64,000 nucleotides of DNA from Eledone cirrhosa (taxonomy: Eukaryota). The stretch lies in NCBI GenBank assembly GCA_964016885.1, contig OZ024743.1, positions 378,785,419 through 378,849,418 of the forward strand. The letters run 5' to 3'. The notes beneath the pieces were generated by a model. It was not told where the DNA came from, did no database searches, and saw only the letters and a program-made list of their open reading frames with translations. A program made the translations under genes and the position numbers. Every line of letters starts with the position of its first letter. Positions within the stretch are counted from its first letter, which is position 1. This document shows, one piece after another, positions 44,166 to 56,709 of the stretch.

Positions 44166-47100
44166 GCCGCAGTTTCTCCTACACTAGAGAGAGAGAGTTT
44201 TACACCCCACCACTACCCCAGTTTCTTCTACACTAGAGAGAGAGAGAGAGTTTTACACCCCAACACTACCCCAGTTTCTCCTACACTAGAGAGAGAGTTT
44301 TACACCCAACCACTACCCCAGTTTCTCCTACACTAGAGAGGGAGTTTTACACCCCACCATTACCCCAGTTTCTCCTACACTAGAGAGAGAGAGAGTTTTA
44401 CACCCCACCACTACCCCAGTTTCTCCTACACTAGAGAGAGAGAGAGAGTTTTACACCCCACCACTACCCCAGTTTCTCCTACACTAGAGAGAGAGTTTTA
44501 CACCCCACCATTACCCCAGTTTCTCCTACACTAGAGAGAGAGAGAGTTTTACACCCAACCACTACCCCAGTTTCTCATACACTAGAGAGAGAGTTTTACA
44601 CCCCACCATTACCCCAGTTTCTACTACACTAGAGAGAGAGAGAGAGTTTTACACCCCACCACTACCCCAGTTTCTCCTACACTAGAGAGAGAGTTTTACA
44701 CCCCACCATTACCCCAGTTTCTCCTACACTAGAGAGAGAGAGAGTTTTACACCCAACCACTACCCCAGTTTCTCCTACACTAGTGAGAGAGTTTTACACC
44801 CCACCATTACCCCAGTTTCTCCTACACTAGAGAGAGAGAGAGTTTTACACCCCACCACTACCCCAGTTCTCCTACACTAGAGAGAGAGAGAGAGTTTTAC
44901 ACCCCACCACTACCCCAGTTTCTCCTACACTAGAGAGAGAGTTTTACACCCCACCACTACAGCAGTTTCTCCTACACTAGAGAGGGAGAGTTTTACACCC
45001 CACCACTACCCCAGTTTCTCCAACACTAGAGAGAGAGTTTTACACCCCACCACTACCCCAGTTTCTCCTACACTAGAGAGAGAGAGAGAGTTTTACACCC
45101 CACCACTACCCCAGTTTCTCCTACACTAGAGAGAGAGAGAGTTTTACACCCAACCACTAGCCCAGTTTCTCCTACACTAGCGAGAGAGAGAGAGTTTTAC
45201 ACCCAACCACTACCCCAGTTTCTCCTACACTAGAGAGAGAGAGAGAGTTTTACACCCCACCACTACCCCAGTTTCTCCTACACTAGAGAGAGAGAGAGAG
45301 TTTTACACCCCTCCACTACCCCAGTTTCTCCTACACTAGAGAGAGAGAGAGAGTTTTACACCCCACCACTACCCCAGTTTCTCCTACACTAGAGAGAGAG
45401 AGAGAATTTTACACCCCCACCCCTACCCCAGTTTCTCATACACTAGAGAGAGAGAGAGAGAGTTTTACACCCCACCACTACCCCAGTTTCTCCTACACTA
45501 GAGAGAGAGAGAGAGTTTTACACCCAACCCCTACCACAATTTCTCCTACACTAGAGACAGAGAGAGTTTTACACCCCACCACTACCCCAGTTTCTCATAC
45601 ACTAGAGAGAGAGAGAGAGTTTTACACCCCACCACCACCCCAGTTTCTCCTACACTAGAGAGAGAGTTTTACACCCCACCACTACCCCAGTTTCTCATAC
45701 ACTAGAGAGAGAGAGAGAGTTTTACACCCCACCACTACCCCAGTTTCTCCTACACTAGAGAGAGAGTTTTACACACCACCACTACCCCAGTTTCTCCTAC
45801 ACTAGAGACAGAGAGAGTTTTACACCCCACCACTACCCCAGTTTCTCCTACACTAGAGAGAGAGTTTTACACCCCACCACTACACCAGTTTCTCCTACAC
45901 TAGAGACAGAGAGAGTTTTACACCCCACCACTACCCCAGTTTCTCATACACTAGAGAGAGAGAGAGAGTTTTACACCCCACCACTACCCCAGTTTCTCCT
46001 ACACTAGAGAGAGAGTTTTACACCCCCACCACTACCCCAGTTTCTCATACACTAGAGAGAGAGAGAGTTTTACACCCAACCACTACCCCAATTTCTCATA
46101 CACTAGAGAGAGAGTTTTACACCCCACCATTACCCCAGTTTCTACTACACTAGAGAGAGAGAGAGAGTTTTACACCCCACCACTACCCCAGTTTCTCCTA
46201 CACTAGAGAGAGAGTTTTACACCCCACCATTACCCCAGTTTCTCCTACACTAGAGAGAGAGAGAGTTTTACACCCAACCACTACCCCAGTTTCTCCTACA
46301 CTAGAGAGAGAGTTTTACACCCCACCATTACCCCAGTTTCTCCTACACTAGAGAGAGAGAGAGTTTTACACCCCACCACTACCCCAGTTCTCCTACTCTA
46401 GAGAGAGAGAGAGAGTTTTACACCCCACCACTACCCCAGTTTCTCATACACTAGAGAGAGAGTTTTACACCCCACCACTACAGCAGTTTCTCCTACACTA
46501 GAGAGGGAGAGTTTTACACCCCACCACTACCCCAGTTTCTCCAACACTAGAGAGAGAGTTTTACACCCCACCACTACCCCAGTTTCTCCTACACTAGAGA
46601 GAGAGAGAGAGTTTTACACCCCACCACTACCCCAGTTTCTCCTACACTAGAGAGAGAGAGAGTTTTACACCCAACCACTAGCCCAGTTTCTCCTACACTA
46701 GCGAGAGAGAGAGAGTTTTACACCCAACCACTACCCCAGTTTCTCCTACACTAGAGAGAGAGAGAGAGTTTTACACCCCACCACTACCCCAGTTTCTCCT
46801 ACACTAGAGAGAGAGAGAGAGTTTTACACCCCTCCACTACCCCAGTTTATCCTACACTAGAGAGAGAGAGAGAGTTTTACACCCCACCACTACCCCAGTT
46901 TCTCCTACACTAGAGAGAGAGAGAGAATTTTACACCCCCACCCCTACCCCAGTTTCTCATACACTAGAGAGAGAGAGAGAGTTTTACACCCCACCACTAC
47001 CCCAGTTTCTCCTACACTAGAGAGAGAGAGAGAGTTTTACACCCAACCCCTACCACAATTTCTCCTACACTAGAGACAGAGAGAGTTTTACACCCCACCA

Positions 47101-50100
47101 CTACCCCAGTTTCTCATACACTAGAGAGAGAGAGAGAGTTTTACACCCCACCACCACCCCAGTTTCTCCTACACTAGAGAGAGAGTTTTACACCCCACCA
47201 CTACCCCAGTTTCTCATACACTAGAGAGAGAGAGGGAGTTTTACACCCCACCACTACCCCAGTTTCTCCTACACTAGAGAGAGAGTTTTACACACCACCA
47301 CTACCCCAGTTTCTCCTACACTAGAGACAGAGAGAGTTTTACACCCCACCACTACCCCAGTTTCTCCTACACTAGAGAGAGAGTTTTACACCCCACCACT
47401 ACACCAGTTTCTCCTACACTAGAGACAGAGAGAGTTTTACACCCCACCACTACCCCAGTTTCTCATACACTAGAGAGAGAGAGAGAGTTTTACACCCCAC
47501 CACTACCCCAGTTTCTCCTACACTAGAGAGAGAGTTTTACACCCCGACCACTACCCCAGTTTCTCATACACTAGAGAGAGAGAGAGAGTTTTACACCCCA
47601 CCACTACCCCAGTTTCTCCTACACTAGAGAGAGAGTTTTACACACCACCACTACCCCAGTTTCTCCTACACTAGAGACAGAGAGAGTTTTACACCCCACC
47701 ACTACCCCAGTTTCTCCTACACTAGAGAGAGAGTTTTACACCCCACCACTACCCCAGTTTCTCCTACACTAGAGAGAGAGTTTTACACCCCACCACTACC
47801 CCGGTTTCTCCTACACTAGAGACAGAGAGAGTTTTACACCCCACCACTACCCCAGTTTCTCATACACTAGAGAGAGAGAGAGAGTTTTACACCCCACCAC
47901 TACCCCAGTTTCTCCTACACTAGAGAGAGAGTTTTACACCCCACCACTACCCCAGTTTCTCCTACACTAGAGAGAGAGAGAGAGTTTTACACCCCACCAC
48001 TACCCCAGTTTCTCCTACACTAGAGAGAGAGAGAGAGTTTTACAGCCCACCACTACCCCAGTTTCTCCTACACTAGAGAGAAAGAGAGAGTTTTACACCC
48101 CACCACTACCCCAGTTTCTCCTACACTAGAGAGAGAGAGAGAGAGTTTTACACCCCACCACTACCGCAGTTTCTCCTACACTAGAGAGAGAGTTTTACAC
48201 ACCACCACTGCCGCAGTTTCTCCTACACTAGAGAGAGAGAGTTTTACACCCCACCACTACCCCAGTTTCTTCTACACTAGAGAGAGAGAGAGAGTTTTAC
48301 ACCCCACCACTACCCCAGTTTCTCCTACACTAGAGAGAGAGTTTTACACCCAACCACTACCCCAGTTTCTCCTACACTAGAGAGGGAGTTTTACACCCCA
48401 CCATTACCCCAGTTTCTCCTACACTAGAGAGAGAGAGAGTTTTACACCTCACCACTACCCCAGTTTCTCCTACACTAGAGAGAGAGAGAGAGTTTTACAC
48501 CCCACCACTACCCCAGTTTCTCCTACACTAGAGAGAGAGTTTTACACCCCACCATTACCCCAGTTTCTCCTACACTAGGGAGAGAGAGAGTTTTACACCC
48601 AACCACTACCCCAGTTTCTCATACACTAGAGAGAGAGTTTTACACCCCACCATTACCCCAGTTTCTCCTACACTAGAGAGAGAGAGAGAGTTTTACACCC
48701 CACCACTACCCCAGTTTCTCCTACACTAGAGAGAGAGTTTTACACCCCACCATTACCCCAGTTTCTCCTACACTAGAGAGAGAGAGAGTTTTACACCCAA
48801 CCACTACCCCAGTTTCTCCTACACTAGAGAGAGAGTTTTACACCCCACCATTACCCCAGTTTCTCCTACACTAGAGAGAGAGAGAGTTTTACACCCCACC
48901 ACTACCCCAGATCTCCTACACTAGAGAGAGAGAGAGAGTTTTACACCCCACCACTACCCCAGTTTCTCCTACACTAGAGAGAGAGTTTTACACCCCACCA
49001 CTACAGCAGTTTCTCCTACACTAGGGAGGGAGAGTTTTACACCCCACCACTACCCCAGTTTCTCCAACACTAGAGAGAGAGTTTTACACCCCACCACTAC
49101 CCCAGTTTCTCCTACACTAGAGAGAGAGAGAGAGTTTTACACCCCACCACTACCCCAGTTTCTCCTACACTAGAGAGAGAGAGAGTTTTACACCCAACCA
49201 CTACCCCAGTTTCTCCTACACTAGCGAGAGAGAGAGAGTTTTACACCCAACCACTACCCCAGTTTCTCCTACACTAGAGAGAGAGAGAGAGTTTTACACC
49301 CCACCACTACCCCAGTTTCTCCTACACTAGAGAGAGATAGAGAGTTTTACACCCCTCCACTACCCCAGTTTCTCCTACACTAGAGAGAGAGAGAGAGTTT
49401 TACACCCCACCACTACCCCAGTTTCTCCTACACTAGAGAGAGAGAGAGAATTTTACACCCCCACCCCTACCCCAGTTTCTCATACACTAGAGAGAGAGAG
49501 AGAGTTTTACACCCCACCACTACCCCAGTTTCTCCTACACTAGAGAGAGAGAGAGAGTTTTACACCCAACCCCTACCCCAGTTTCTCCTACACTAGAGAC
49601 AGAGAGAGTTTTACACCCCACCACTACCCCAGTTTCTCATACACTAGAGAGAGAGAGAGAGTTTTACACCCCACCACCACCCCAGTTTCTCCTACACTAG
49701 AGAGAGAGTTTTACACCCCACCACTACCCCAGTTTCTCATACACTAGAGAGAGAGAGAGAGTTTTACACCCCACCACTACCCCAGTTTCTCCTACACTAG
49801 AGAGAGAGTTTTACACACCACCACTACCCCAGTTTCTCCTACACTAGAGACAGAGAGAGTTTTACACCCCACCACTACCCCAGTTTCTCCTACACTAGAG
49901 AGAGAGTTTTACACCCCACCACTACCCCAGTTTCTCCTACACTAGAGAGAGAGTTTTACACCCCACCACTACCCCGGTTTCTCCTACACTAGAGACAGAG
50001 AGAGTTTTACACCCCACCACTACCCCAGTTTCTCATACACTAGAGAGAGAGAGAGAGTTTTACACCCCACCACTACCCCAGTTTCTCCTACACTAGAGAG

Positions 50101-52140
50101 AGAGTTTTACACCCCACCACTACCCCAGTTTCTCCTACACTAGAGAGAGAGAGAGAGTTTTACACCCCACCACTACCCCAGTTTCTCCTACACTAGAGAG
50201 AGAGAGAGAGTTTTACACCCCACCACTACCCCAGTTTCTCCTACACTAGAGAGAAAGAGAGAGTTTTACACCCCACCACTACCCCAGTTTCTCCTACACT
50301 AGAGAGAGAGAGAGAGTTTTACACCCCACCACCACCGCAGTTTCTCCTACACTAGAGAGAGAGTTTTACACACCACCACTGCCGCAGTTTCTCCTACACT
50401 AGAGAGAGAGAGTTTTACACCCCACCACTACCCCAGTTTCTTCTACACTAGAGAGAGAGAGAGAGTTTTACACCCCACCACTACCCCAGTTTCTCCTACA
50501 CTAGAGAGAGAGTTTTACACCCAACCACTACCCCAGTTTCTCCTACACTAGAGAGAGAGTTTTACACCCCACCATTACCCCAGTTTCTCCTACACTAGAG
50601 AGAGAGAGAGTTTTACACCCCACCACTACCCCAGTTTCTCCTACACTAGAGAGAGAGTTTTACACCCCACCATTACCCCAGTTTCTCCTACACTAGAGAG
50701 AGAGAGAGTTTTACACCCAACCACTACCCCAGTTTCTCATACACTAGAGAGAGAGTTTTACACCCCACCATTACCCCAGTTTCTCCTACACTAGAGAGAG
50801 AGAGAGTTTTACACCCCACCACTACCCCAGTTTCTCCTACACTAGAGAGAGAGAGAGAGTTTTACACCCCACCACTACCCCAGTTTCTCCTACACTAGAG
50901 AGAGAGTTTTACACCCCACCACTACAGCAGTTTCTCCTACACTAGGGAGGGAGAGTTTTACACCCCACCACTACCCCAGTTTCTCCAACACTAGAGAGAG
51001 AGTTTTACACCCCACCACTACCCCAGTTTCTCCTACACTAGAGAGAGAGAGAGAGTTTTACACCCCACCACTACCCCAGTTTCTCCTACACTAGAGAGAG
51101 AGAGAGAGTTTTACACCCAACCACTACCCCAGTTTCTCCTACACTAGAGAGAGAGAGAGAGTTTTACACCCCACCACTACCCCAGTTTCTCCTACACTAG
51201 AGAGAGAGAGAGAGTTTTACACCCCACCACTACCCCAGTTTCTCCTACACTAGAGAGAGAGAGAGAGTTTTACACCCAACCACTACCCCAGTTTCTCCTA
51301 CACTAGAGAGAGAGAGAGAGTTTTACACCCCACCACTACCCCAGTTTCTCCTACACTAGAGAGAGATAGTTTTACACCCCTCCACTACCCCAGTTTCTCC
51401 TACACTAGAGAGAGAGAGAGAGAGTTTTACACCCCACCACTACCCCAGTTTCTCCTACACTAGAGAGAGAGAGAGAGTTTTACACCCCCACCCCTACCCC
51501 AGTTTCTCATACACTAGAGAGAGAGAGAGAGTTTTACACCCCACCACTACCCCAGTTTCTCCTACACTAGAGAGAGAGAGAGAGCTTTACACCCAACCAC
51601 TACCCCAGTTTCTCCTACACTAGAGACAGAGAGAGTTTTACACCCCACCACTACCCCAGTTTCTCATACACTAGAGAGAGAGAGAGAGTTTTACACCCCA
51701 CCACTACCCCAGTTTCTCCTACACTAGAGAGAGAGTTTTACACCCCACCACTACCCCAGTTTCTCATACACTAGAGAGAGAGAGAGAGTTTTACACCCCA
51801 CCACTACCCCAGTTTCTCCTACACTAGAGAGAGAGTTTTACACACCACCACTACCCCAGTTTCTCCTACACTAGAGACAGAGAGAGTTTTACACCCCACC
51901 ACTACCCCAGTTTCTCCTACACTAGAGAGAGAGTTTTACACCCCACCACTACCCCAGTTTCTCCTACACTAGAGAGAGAGTTTTACACCCCACCACTACC
52001 CCAGTTTCTCCTACACTAGAGACAGAGAGAGTTTTACACCCCACCACTACCCCAGTTTCTCATACACTAGAGAGAGAGAGAGATTTTTACACCCCACCAC
52101 TACCCCAGTTTCTCCTACACTAGAGAGAGAGTTTTACACC
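29200..52140. repeat. Domain C: subarray rich in 47- and 53-bp monomers with ~1.5-2.5 kb repeated blocks (interleaved with B-type blocks inside the large duplication)
   Basis: Markers are ACAGCAG (~30104, 38984, 44959, 46480, 49003, 50924), CTAGCGAG (~45177, 46698, 49221), CCCCGG, GAGAAAGAG and TTTCTTCTA (~44222, 48266, 50437). Confidence 0.75.
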
Positions 52141-52869
52141 CCACCACTACCCCAGTTTCTCCTACACTAGAGAGAGAGATTTACACCCCACCACTACCCC
52201 AGTCTCCTACACTAGAGAGACAGAGAGTTTTACACCCCACCACTACCCCAGTTTCTCTTACACTAGAGAGAGAGAGTTTTACACCCCACCACTCCCCCAG
52301 TTTCTCTTACACTAGAGAGAGAGAGTTTTACACCCCACCACTACCCCAGTTTCTCCTACACTAGAGAGAGACAGAGAGTTTTACACCCCACCACTACCCC
52401 AGTTTCTCTTACACTAGAGAGAGAGAGTTTTACACCCCACCACTACCCCAGTTTCTCTTACACTAGAGAGAGAGAGTTTTACACCCCACCACTACCCCAG
52501 TTCCTCCTACACTAGAGAGAGAGAGAGAGTTTTACACCCCACCACTACCCCAGTTTCTCATACACTAGAGAGAGAGTTTTACACCCCACCACTACCCCAG
52601 TTTCTCCTACACTAGAGAGAGAGAGTTTTACACCCCACCACTACCCCAGTTTCTCCTACACTAGAGAGAGAGAGTTTTACACCCCACCACTACCCCAGTT
52701 TCTCCTACACTAGAGAGAGACAGAGAGTTTTACACCCCACCCCTACCCCAGTTTCTCCTACACTAGACAGAGAGAGTTTTACACCCCACCACTACCCCAG
52801 TTTCTCCTACACTAGAGAGAGACAGAGAGTTTTACACCCCACCACTACCCCAGTTTCTCCTACACTAGA

Positions 52870-55800
52870 GAGAGAGAGTTTTACACCCCACCACTACCCT
52901 AGTTTCTCTTACACTAGAGAGAGAGAGTTTTACACCCCACCACTACCCCAGTTTCTCCTACACTAGAGAGAGACAGAGAGTTTTACACCCCACCACTACC
53001 CCAGTTTCTCCTACACTAGAGAGAGAGAGTTTTACACCCCACCACTACCCCAGTTTCTCCTACACTAGAGAGAGAGAGTTTTACACCCCACCACTACCCC
53101 AGTTTCTCCTACACTAGAGAGAGAGTTTTACACCCCACCACTACCCCAGTTTCTCTTACACTAGAGAGAGAGAGTTTTACACCCCACCACTATCCCAGTT
53201 TATCCTACACTAGAGAGAGAGAGTTTTACACCCCACCACTACCCCAGTTTCTCCTACACTAGAGAGAGAGTTTTACACCCCACCACTACCCCAGTTTCTC
53301 CTACACTAGAGAGAGAGAGTTTTACACCCCACCACTACCCCAGTTTCTCCTACACTAGAGAGAGAGTTTTACACCCCACCTCTACCCCAGTTTCTCTTAC
53401 ACTAGAGAGAGAGAGTTTTACACCCCACCACTACCCCAGTTTCTCTTACACTAGAGAGAGAGAGTTTTACACCCCACCACTACCCCAGTTTCTCCTACAC
53501 TAGAGAGAGAGAGTTTTACACCCCACCACTACCCCAGTTTCTCTTACACTAGAGAGAGAGAGTTTTACACCCCACCACTACCCCAGTTTCTCTTACACTA
53601 GAGAGAGAGAGTTTTACACCCCAACACTACCCCAGTTTCTCTTACACTAGAGAGAGAGAGTTTTACACCCCACCACTACCCCAGTTTCTCTTACACTAGA
53701 GAGAGAGAGTTTTACACCCCACCACTACCCCAGTTTCTCCTACACTAGAGAGAGACAGAGAGTTTTACACCCCACCACTACCCCAGTTTCTCTTACACTA
53801 GAGAGAGAGAGTTTTACACCCCACCACTACCCCAGTTTCTCTTACACTAGAGAGAGAGAGTTTTACACCCCACCACTACCCCAGTTTCTCTTACACTAGA
53901 GAGAGAGAGTTTTACACCCCACCACTACCCCAGTTTCTCCTACACTAGAGAGAGACAGAGAGTTTTACGCCCCACCACTACCCCAGTTTCTCTTACACTA
54001 GAGAGAGAGAGTTTTACACCCCACCACTACCCCAGTTTCTCCTACACTAGAGAGAGACAGAGAGTTTTACACCCCACCACTACCCCAGTTTCTCCTACAC
54101 TAGAGAGAGACAGAGAGTTTTACACCCCACCACTACCCCAGTTTCTCCTACACTAGAGAGAGACAGAGAGTTTTACACACCACCACTACCCCAGTTTCTC
54201 TTACACTAGAGAGAGAGTTTTACACCCCACCACTACCCCAGTTTCTCCTACACTAGAGAGAGACAGAGAGTTTTACACCCTACCCCTACCCCAGTTTCTC
54301 TTACACTAGAGAGAGAGAGTTTTACACCCCACCACTACCCCAGTTTCTCCTACACTAGAGAGAGACAGAGAGTTTTACACACCACCACTACCCCAGTTTC
54401 TCTTACACTAGAGAGAGAGTTTTACACCCCACCACTACCCCAGTTTCTCCTACACTAGAGAGAGACAGAGAGTTTTACACCCCACCCCTACCCCAGTTTC
54501 TCTTACACTAGAGAGAGAGAGTTTTACACCCCACCACTACCCCAGTTTCTCTTACACTAGAGAGAGAGAGTTTTACACCCCACCACTACCCCAGTTTCTC
54601 CTACACTAGAGAGAGACAGAGAGTTTTACACCCCACCACTACCCCAGTTTCTCTTACACTAGAGAGAGAGAGTTTTACACCCCACCACTACCCCAGTTTC
54701 TCTTACACTAGAGAGAGAGAGTTTTACACCCCACCACTACCCCAGTTTCTCTTACACTAGAGAGAGAGAGTTTTACACCCCACCACTACCCCAGTTTCTC
54801 TTACACTAGAGAGAGAGAGTTTTACACCCCACCACTATCCCAGTTTATCCTACACTAGAGAGAGAGAGTTTTACACCCCACCACTACCCCAGTTTCTCCT
54901 ACACTAGAGAGAGACAGAGAGTTTTACACCCCACCCCTGCCCCAGTTTCTCTTACACTAGAGAGAGAGAGTTTTACACCCCACCACTACCCCAGTTTCTC
55001 TTACACTAGAGAGAGAGAGTTTTACACCCCACCACTACCCCAGTTTCTCTTACACTAGAGAGAGAGAGTTTTACACCCCACCACTACCCCAGTTTCTCCT
55101 ACACTAGAGAGAGACAGAGAGTTTTACACCCCACCACTACCCCAGTTTCTCCTACACTAGAGAGAGAGAGTTTTACACCCCACCACTACCCCAGTTTCTC
55201 CTACACTAGAGAGAGAGAGTTTTACACCCCACCACTACCCCAGTTTCTCCTACACTAGAGAGAGAGTTTTACACCGCACCACTACCCCAGTTTCTCTTAC
55301 ACTAGAGAGAGAGAGTTTTACACCCCACCACTATCCCAGTTTATCCTACACTAGAGAGAGAGAGTTTTACACCCCACCACTACCCCAGTTTCTCCTACAC
55401 TAGAGAGAGAGTTTTACACCCCACCACTACCCCAGTTTCTCCTACACTAGAGAGAGAGAGTTTTACACCCCACCACTACCCCAGTTTCTCCTACACTAGA
55501 GAGAGAGTTTTACACCCCACCTCTACCCCAGTTTCTCTTACACTAGAGAGAGAGAGTTTTACACCCCACCACTACCCCAGTTTCTCTTACACTAGAGAGA
55601 GAGAGTTTTACACCCCACCACTACCCCAGTTTCTCCTACACTAGAGAGAGAGAGTTTTACACCCCACCACTACCCCAGTTTCTCTTACACTAGAGAGAGA
55701 GAGTTTTACACCCCACCACTACCCCAGTTTCTCTTACACTAGAGAGAGAGAGTTTTAAACCCCACCACTACCCCAGTTTCTCTTACACTAGAGAGAGAGA

Positions 55801-56700
55801 GTTTTACACCCCACCACTACCCCAGTTTCTCTTACACTAGAGAGAGAGAGTTTTACACCCCACCACTACCCCAGTTTCTCCTACACTAGAGAGAGACAGA
55901 GAGTTTTACACCCCACCACTACCCCAGTTTCTCTTACACTAGAGAGAGAGAGTTTTACACCCCACCACTACCCCAGTTTCTCTTACACTAGAGAGAGAGA
56001 GTTTCACACCCCACCACTACCCCAGTTTCTCTTACACTAGAGAGAGAGAGTTTTACACCCCACCACTACCCCAGTTTCTCCTACACTAGAGAGAGACAGA
56101 GAGTTTTACGCCCCACCACTACCCCAGTTTCTCTTACACTAGAGAGAGAGAGTTTTACACCCCACCACTACCCCAGTTTCTCCTACACTAGAGAGAGACA
56201 GAGAGTTTTACACCCCACCACTACCCCAGTTTCTCCTACACTAGAGAGAGACAGAGAGTTTTACACCCCACCACTACCCCAGTTTCTCCTACACTAGAGA
56301 GAGACAGAGAGTTTTACACACCACCACTACCCCAGTTTCTCTTACACTAGAGAGAGAGTTTTACACGCCACCACTACCCCAGTTTCTCCTACACTAGAGA
56401 GAGACAGAGAGTTTTACACCCTACCCCTACCCCAGTTTCTCTTACACTAGAGAGAGAGAGTTTTACACCCCACCACTACCCCAGTTTCTCCTACACTAGA
56501 GAGAGACAGAGAGTTTTACACACCACCACTACCCCAGTTTCTCTTACACTAGAGAGAGAGTTTTACACCCCACCACTACCCCAGTTTCTCCTACACTAGA
56601 GAGAGACAGAGAGTTTTACACCCCACCCCTACCCCAGTTTCTCTTACACTAGAGAGAGAGAGTTTTACACCCCACCACTACCCCAGTTTCTCTTACACTA
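52870..56700. repeat. 2,141-bp-period duplication
   Basis: TATCCCAGTTTATCC at 53191/55332, TCTACCCCAG at 53381/55522 and the G of TTTTACGCCCC at 53969/56110 all show an offset of 2,141. Confidence 0.85.
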
Positions 56701-56709
56701 GACAGAGAG

